64,000 nucleotides of DNA, from contig OZ024743.1 of assembly GCA_964016885.1 (NCBI GenBank), positions 42,098,001 to 42,162,000 on the forward strand. Direction: 5' to 3'. A model generated the notes under the pieces. It had not been told where the DNA came from. It saw only the letters and a list, made by a program, of their open reading frames with translations, and did not search any database. The stretch comes from Eledone cirrhosa (taxonomy: Eukaryota). A program made the translations under genes and the position numbers. Position 1 is the first letter of the stretch; every line of letters starts with the position of its first letter. Positions 56,562 to 64,000 of the stretch are shown here, piece after piece.

Positions 56562-58337
56562 ATGGCAAAAAAAGATTTTCACAAGACACGCCCACTCATT
56601 CCGTCTACTTCTTCCTCAATCGTCACTACATCAGATAGATTGTCTCTCTCCCTCCCTTCTCAAAATGTGTCTCTCTCCCTTCCTTCTCTTTCGCAAGCGA
56701 CGCCAGTAAAGAAAACGAAAAATATAGTTTCTAATAGTTTCCAAGAGCACGTGCATACCGTCGAACATTTCTCCACGACGACGACAACGACGAAAAATGT
56801 GTGCGGTAAATACGGAAAGCCATTTTATTCGTCTGACGTCATGAATAATAGCAGTAGCAGTCGTAATAACAGCAGCAGCAGCAACAGTGACAAGGAAAAC
56901 AATAGTAGCAGCCGCAACACCATCAGCAGCAGCATATACAACAACAGCAGAAGCTGCAACAACAACAACAGCAGTAACAATAACAGCAACGACGGCAACA
57001 GCGGCGGCGTCAGTCGTAGTACCAGCAGCAACAACAAAAGTAACAGCTGCTCTGACGACAACAACAACAACAACAACAGCAGCAAAGAAAAACCAATCTC
57101 GTTTGCAGGTATCGCAAAGAACCTGGAAACCATCCTTATAATAAATGAGGAATTACAGGAAGCATAGAAGATGGTGACGAAAACCGGACACCGAGCAATC
57201 TGCAAGGCAGCCGAAACATTTTTCGAAACCCAACACCACTGTACGGTCAAGTACCGTACAGTAAGCACAAAATCCGATAGGGTTGAAAGAGCCACAGAAG
57301 CTCAAATACAAAAAGCCTTAGGGTCTGTGTGGCAGCGGAAAACGCATATCACCCGAGGCAAGAAATATGCCACCGTGGCCGTGCTTTTTGCCACACCCCA
57401 GGAGGCAAAGGCTCAATCCTTAGCGACCGTATGGAGCGAGGAAATGGTGTTGGTGCCCTCCTACTGCGGACAAAAAATTGTAAGGGTCAAACTGACCCAC
57501 GTTCCTCCCGGGATGGCCCCTTCTTTGATGGCCACGTCTGTCCTCGTCGGAATCGAGGACAAAACAAATGTACTGCAAGTACAGAAAAAAGTACGAGAAG
57601 ATTGGGTCGGCACCTCCATTGAGATGTTAATCCAAACCAACCAGGAGTGCATCGAAGCTATCCCGGACGTGATAGACTTCGATAACGGCACTCAACTGCC
57701 CATAAACGTTGAGGGCAATAACCCGAAATGCTTTCGCTGTGGATCGAAGACTCACCTCAGGGCCTTCTGCAATGAGAAGACCCTGAGAAAGGAGAAAAAC
57801 CTCCGCCTTCCGAAACCGGCTCCACTGCCACCAGCAACAGGACAGGCGGCAACCAGGAACGATAGGTCCGTGGCACCCATACTCACGCCACGGAAATCAA
57901 GAACAGCAGCAGCAGTGGAAGTATTAATAACAACAATAGCAATACCAACTGCAGCTGCAACAGAGACTCCACTGCAAACATCACCAACAACAACAAGTGA
58001 AAGAGTGGAGCTGGTACCCCTCCCCGACCTCACAGAATCGGACATGGAGTGTGAGGTGGGAGAGCGATGGCAAAAGGTCGCAAGAAGGCACAAACGCAGA
58101 AGCAGCGCATCGTTGCCTTCGAAAAGGGAGGAAAGAAATGAAAAAAGGGTAAAGGGCAAAGAGACTTACAGCAGCAACACCACCAACACCATCAACACCC
58201 ACACTACCACCACCATCACCACCGGCGGCAACCCCACCGCAAAGAACAACAACTCCTTCAACACCACCACCACAAGCACCAACATCGCAAACATAACAAC
58301 AAAACACACACATCCTGCAACAACGACAAGAAAATAG
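56562..58337 (+). pseudogene. Tx1 ORF1 (gag-like, zinc knuckle) with one in-frame TAG at 57165-57167
   Basis: ORFs 56562-57167 and 57171-58337 are in the same frame; CFRCGSKTHLRAFC (CX2CX4HX4C); S/N/T low-complexity tracts. Confidence 0.85.
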
Positions 58338-58741
58338 CAGAACCACACCCTACGCCCAAAAAAACAAATGCACAGCAATAAATACACACAACAAGAAACT
58401 AATGACTTACATAATTGAACACACAGACATTTCAAAGCACGACTACATAATACCAGCACCAATCAAAACACCAACGAACATAAGACTGGTAAGAGCACAG
58501 AAGAAATACAGAAACATTAAAACGAAATTCCCCAACACAGTTGGTGATTTCAGAGACATAGGAGGGACACTCAATCGGAGAGTATATTCAGATATACTCA
58601 CAGAAGAGACGACAATCAGCCGAAGAGACAATTCAACGGTGCCTTCACCAGACGATCAAGTGAAAAGGGATGGAGAAACCATCCTTCCTCTACGAGAAGT
58701 AAGGTAAGTGGTCTTTCCGATCTATTCCACTCCATTTCAAC

Positions 58742-61340
58742 TTGACTTCGACGAGAATAGGCAGCATTAATGCGCGTGGCTTGGTGTCGTCAAGGAAGCA
58801 GGGCCACATGCTCAACGACCTCAGGTCACTAAACATAGATGTAGTGAAGTGGCCATCAGCGAGACCAGAATCTCCGAAGCACGGACCTTCGCACCGAGCT
58901 TCGGCGGCTACGATGTGTACGCATCTCCCAGTCGTCCTGGATCGGGGGGAGGAGTTACTGTGCTTTTTCGGAGAGGTTTGGATCTCGCCATACGGGCCAT
59001 CTTCCTGGACCCAGAAGGTAAGTTGGTGGTGCTGGATGCGACCAGCGGAGACTGGCAAGTTTTCAGGTTAGTGGCTGTATATACGCCGACAGGAGCAGGG
59101 TAGGCTGATTTCTTCCGGCGTCTGGAGACCTTTCTTAGAACGTCCCGTCTTTAGTGTTAGTGGGCGACTGGAAAGTGATCTTAGATGCACGCTGGGACTC
59201 GGTGGGATTAGCGGATATGGAGAGAAGGGTGCAATAGCCTCACCAAGCTGCTCAGGCATTTTGAACTGTCTGACAGGTAACTATTGGATTTCCCGAATGT
59301 GCCAATGTAGACTTGGACAAACCGCATCAGGTCATACAGATCATATCTAGATAGAGTATTGTGTAGGAAAATAGATAGGTCTAGCATAGGCTGTCCACAA
59401 TTAGGATAGTCAGCTACACAGAACACAAATTCGTGATCTGTGTGGTTGACTTAGATAACCCTCATAGACGAGGACCCGGCTACTGGAAGCTAAACGCCTC
59501 CTCACCAGCGCGCGAGGCCTACAGAGACCGGATTAGCGAACTAGTTAAGCGGGCGTTGACGGGGGCCATCGTCAACAACAAGTGGTGGTTTGCTCTGAAA
59601 AGAGCGATTAGAATAGAGTCCATTAGGTTTAGTAAAGCTTTAGCTATATAGAAAAATAGAGCGGAGAGAGAACTAGTTAGAAGATTAGACGAGGCGCTTA
59701 GCAAAGGCATAGCGACTGACGTACTTGCGGCGAAATTGGCCCTTGACCAATTCTTCAATGTAATGCACGAAGGCTGCGTTGTCAGAGCTAGGGTGCATGC
59801 TCTCAGACACGAGTGGACGAAAGCCGCTCAATGGGCCCGAGTAGCGGAGGCGCGTCGTGGCAACAAATCCACGATCCAGTATTCGGTGGACCTCTCATCC
59901 CTCTTATACGTATTGACTCTCGAGCCACTACTGCACAAACTGGAGACGTTGAGGGGAGTCCCGCGCGAACTAGGATGCGGAAGATCCGTGTCAGCATATG
60001 CGGACGACGTCACCGTAGTGGTGTCGAACGCCAAACACATCGAGGCGATCGGCACTACACTAAGAGAATACGAAGCGGTGACAGGAGCAAGGATCAACCA
60101 TGAAAAGTCAGTGGGCCTGCAACTCGGCATCTGGAGAGGCTTCCATACCGTTCAACAGCATCGTCGGGCGCTGGACGAACGGACCGGTTAAATTGCTAGG
60201 GGTCTGGTTCGGTCCGGACCTCCAGTCGGAAAAAAACTGGGACGTGGTGACGAGCGGAGTGGCTTCTCTCACCCAGAAATAGGCGGAGAGGAAGCTATCC
60301 CTGAAAGGTCGAGCGGAGGTGGCTAACGCGTACATCGCGTCCGTCATCTACTACCACCTGACCGTCGTACCTTGTCCTAAGCCCCCCCCCCTCCCCCCTG
60401 ACTGCGCTGGAGCGTTTGCTCATTCGCTTTTTGTGGAAGGGACGTGGTCCGATGGTCAGCCGGTCCATCTGCTGTAAACGTGGAGGGCTGGGTGTGCCTG
60501 GCTGATGATGCCCAGACATGCGCGCTCAGGCTACGACATCTCCACCTCTTCCTCGACGGTGATCAGGTGTGGTCGCCGTTTTCTAGACGCGTCTTTTCCC
60601 AGCTCGTCTCCTTGACTGAGCTGCAGTCCTGTGTCAAGCGAAGACCGAGAGTGAGCGCTTGGAGACTGGGATGTCTTCAGGCGCTCACAGCCTCGACCAA
60701 TCGGGCAATGTGATCGGTGGAAACTCCACCTTGGCGTTCTATAGAGGATTAGTGGAGGGGTAGAGCGACGACGTACTTAAGAATCTCTCGGCGTCGACGA
60801 AAATCAACTAGCCAATCTCTTCGGAAGAACTTTCGGCCGGGGCCTATGGACAACTTCCAGAAATCACTGGCCTGGCAATGCTACCGAGGAGCTTTACAGG
60901 CATGGAGGTGCCGTCAGCCGAGCATGTCCGAGATGCGCGCAGGGCGACGAATCCGTCCTGCACGCATTCGTCCAGTGTCCGAGCATTGCTGACTTGTGGG
61001 TTTATGTCGAACACCTGCTGTCGCGTGTAGGACGGATCCAGCTATCAGCTGAGTCCATCATGAGGATTGCCCCGCCCTCTTCCTTTAGCCGGGAAGGAAG
61101 GCAATGTTTATCTGTCTGGTGGCCATGGCGAAAGAGATAGTATGGTGGAGACGTTTGAAAGGGCTGGAGACGAGCACTTCCCTCTTCGGTGATGCCCTGA
61201 TTAACTTTTTCAAATTTCATTTGAAAAGGAAAATCAGGGTAGAGTGGGAAATGCTCTCTTCCCAGTATTTTGTTGAAAGATGGGTGAGAGAAGCAAGTAT
61301 GGCTCGAGTGAATGGGCCTACTCTGAGTATGAGTCTGTAA
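58742..61340 (+). pseudogene. Tx1 ORF2 (APE endonuclease plus RT), frameshifted, with internal deletion near 59885
   Basis: GSINARGL; ISET; LVAVYTP; YLDR; GYWKLN; then a jump to LSSLLYVLTLEPL..AYADDV; CPRC..ESVLH. Confidence 0.9.
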
Positions 61341-61591
61341 ATTAAAGGTGGAAAACTGGGAGAGGGCACTTGCCCTGGTGGTCAGGGTCACTGTGGCTTT
61401 TAATGGGCTTTCTCCACAAATGTCCCTCGGAATTCTCCCCCCTATTCGGGAATTTTTTCATTGTTATTTTTTTGGTACATCCTCTGTTTTTGTTTTTATA
61501 CACGCAGAAATGCCCATGTGTACCCTCCTGTATTGTCCTGTACTTTCCGTAATGTCTACTTTATGTGGTTAATAAAGAAAGAATTATTATA

Positions 61592-61630
<39 letters not shown>

Positions 61631-61631
<1 letters not shown>

Positions 61632-61805
61632 GACCTCTTATTCCTGAGATTGTCGCGTGGACAGAGTTCTCAAACGTTCATTCCAGTGGGTCCTGTCAGG
61701 AGCAAACGACTGCAAGTGATCCAGCTGGATCACCAAGCGTGACCAGCCAAGTTCATTGATGTTGTCTAACAATCTTGCTTGGGGTCTTTTCCTGCGTCTC
61801 CTCCC
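61631..61805 (-). mobile_element. RTE LINE 3' end with (AAT)n tail
   Basis: Minus: RPQARLLDNINELGWSRLVIQLDHLQSFAPDRTHWNERL; followed by (AAT)n = 61583-61630. Confidence 0.7.
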
Positions 61806-62928
61806 AGTTTGTTTTAACTTTTTTAACTTTCAAATTATTAAAGGTATTGCATCTCCCTTGGTCTAGTATTGTAGCAATGGGCAGACCTAGACCAAACCAC
61901 GGATGACCTCTTTGACAATCCGGCAACTGTGACTCACCCGTTTACATTTAAGATAAAACCATCGTAATAGTAGGTACATGAATACTTAAAGAGTAATTTA
62001 GTTAATAATATAGAGAAAACTTATCAAATTTGTAAAGGAACAATACACACGAATTAACCTGATATTAATTAGATGAAGCGTGAAAAAGCATGTTTCTATT
62101 TCAAAATCAGAGAAATGTTGAAGTGGGAAACATTTAAATTAAGAAATAATATATTGCCCCCAATACTAACTTCACACCAAAATAACAAAACAAAATATAA
62201 ATGCCTTCTTTAGTTTGGGTGAATTAATTAAGTAATTGCGATAGTACATTAATGTCAATATTTCTAATTATCTGTAAATACACAGCATATCTGGATCTTC
62301 TATTGTTCGCTGGAGAAAAAAAATGATTTTGCGGACACACTTATAATTTATAAGTGCGTTCGCAATTTTTTTTTTTTTTTCTCGTTTATAAGTTATTACC
62401 ATACATATATGTGCGTGAAACCGCCCGCGGCCAGGGAAACCTACTCATACAACTTCTGATGTACCATTAGCAAATGTCAACTAACAAAGGGAAACTGTCA
62501 ATGAGAGGCATATAGGGAACGTAAACACAAAGAATACAAACATCAACAGGTGATGTGGTCTGGTGTAGGGTAATATGGGTACTTGTTGAGGTAAGCGAGA
62601 GGGATACACTTTTGTTTAAACCTTGAAGTGGGGGCAATATAATTGTCTGTATATCTAACCATGAATCTATGAGCAAGCCATGCATTGCCGAATTGTTTGC
62701 ATCTTACTGTTTATGAACTAGTCAAGAAGATTGAATATGCTGCTTAAAACATGTCACCATAAGCTCAATAATTCCATTTTAACGGCTTTAATTACAATAT
62801 ATGTATATATAGCTATATTAGATTTTATTAACTTCACAACATTCAATGCCTAGTTGGAGTAAACATGTTTATACAACATTGATCAAATCGGCTACTACAG
62901 TTGCTGTAAACACCCCCCCCCCCACACG

Positions 62929-62973
<45 letters not shown>

Positions 62974-64000
62974 ACACACACACACACACATACGCACACA
63001 TATTTACACACAAACACAGCATCAAACCCATTTACTTATTACAATTTTTAGATTAATTTACACTTCTGTAATGCTTTTTTTATAGATATATGTGAGTTAG
63101 AGATTCTTTATGTGTTAGTGTTTCGTTTATAATTCAGTTTATAACAGGTGTGTAGTGTACAATATTTTAATATGTTCATTCATCTTAAAATATGTTATTA
63201 TAATATTATAAATCTATATATACATATATATCCTCCTTAAATTTCATTTCATTCAAACTTTAAAAACGTTTATCAATACTTTTTGCAAATATTTTAAATT
63301 AACTTGTGTTTATTCATATTTTAAAATAAATTATCAGTAGCTTACCCCACATTACATTATGTTGTCATACACCATATGCTGTCATACACCATATGCTGTT
63401 TTTAATTCACATTACATTTGGCTGCCAGTTTAATATATTCCGGATAGTTATATGTTCATATACATCATATACATCTTATACATCATATACACACGTCTAT
63501 ATTAGACAGATTTACTTTAGCATTCAGCCATAAAAGATGGTTTTGATCTTTTCATTGCTTGAGATGTGGTACATATTTTATCGATATATCAATATTTTTC
63601 TATTTCTATATAATATATAATTTCTTGCTATGTTGCATTCATATTTACAATCATCGATATTTGGTGCTATATTTTAGTGGTAATTCTACCAACAGTCTAT
63701 TGAATAACATCGTCCGAACACATTTATATGGCATGTTGGGCGCTGGGTTGTACCAGATCATTAGGGATAGTTAGCTTTTCTATTGGAAACACATGTCCTG
63801 TTCTCTCGGGAAGAAGATTGTCGTCCAACATTTTTGGCATCTATGTTTCTCCTTTTGTTCTAATAGGGTGATGCATTTTGAATGGACACGTCTCTGCAGA
63901 TCTTTTCTGGAGGTGGAATACCTTAGCACGAGACGGTTAATCAGGGCAGTTTGACCAGAAGAGAGCAGAAGTTGGTGCACCTGTCCGTAAATTAGTTCCA

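Larger units (their letters stand above)
56348..61582 (+). mobile_element. Near full-length Tx1-clade non-LTR retrotransposon flanked by (ATT)n
   Basis: 5' UTR, ORF1 with CCHC knuckle, ORF2 APE-RT-C-terminal Cys/His, 3' UTR with aataaa. Confidence 0.92.

Noticed and set aside
63780-63980. 66 aa minus-strand ORF at the window end
   Set aside because: No recognisable motif and truncated context.

Overview
AT-rich, microsatellite-dense eukaryotic non-coding DNA, most consistent with an octopod cephalopod given the tRNA-derived SINE family and the (AT)n/(CA)n load. I find no host protein-coding exon I can support, and almost all of the ORF track is microsatellite noise. The window is a mosaic of mobile DNA: two tRNA-SINE families; degenerate RTE, CR1/L2 and Tx1 LINEs (one near full length); two non-autonomous Helitrons; a 5S rRNA fragment; and at least six Penelope-like element (PLE) RT/GIY-YIG remnants. 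The main hidden signal, found by reading by eye, is a dense set of type I hammerhead ribozyme (HHR) motifs. There are about 15 complete or near-complete copies from about 8 unrelated sequence families, most inside short non-coding fold-back or tandem repeat units (PLE pseudo-LTR or retrozyme-like). They include two independent families with a compensatory U3-A8 core, families with large structured stem II inserts (one showing covariation and a UUCG tetraloop), and families with a U-U pair closing stem II. All structures were assigned manually; no folding or database search was run.
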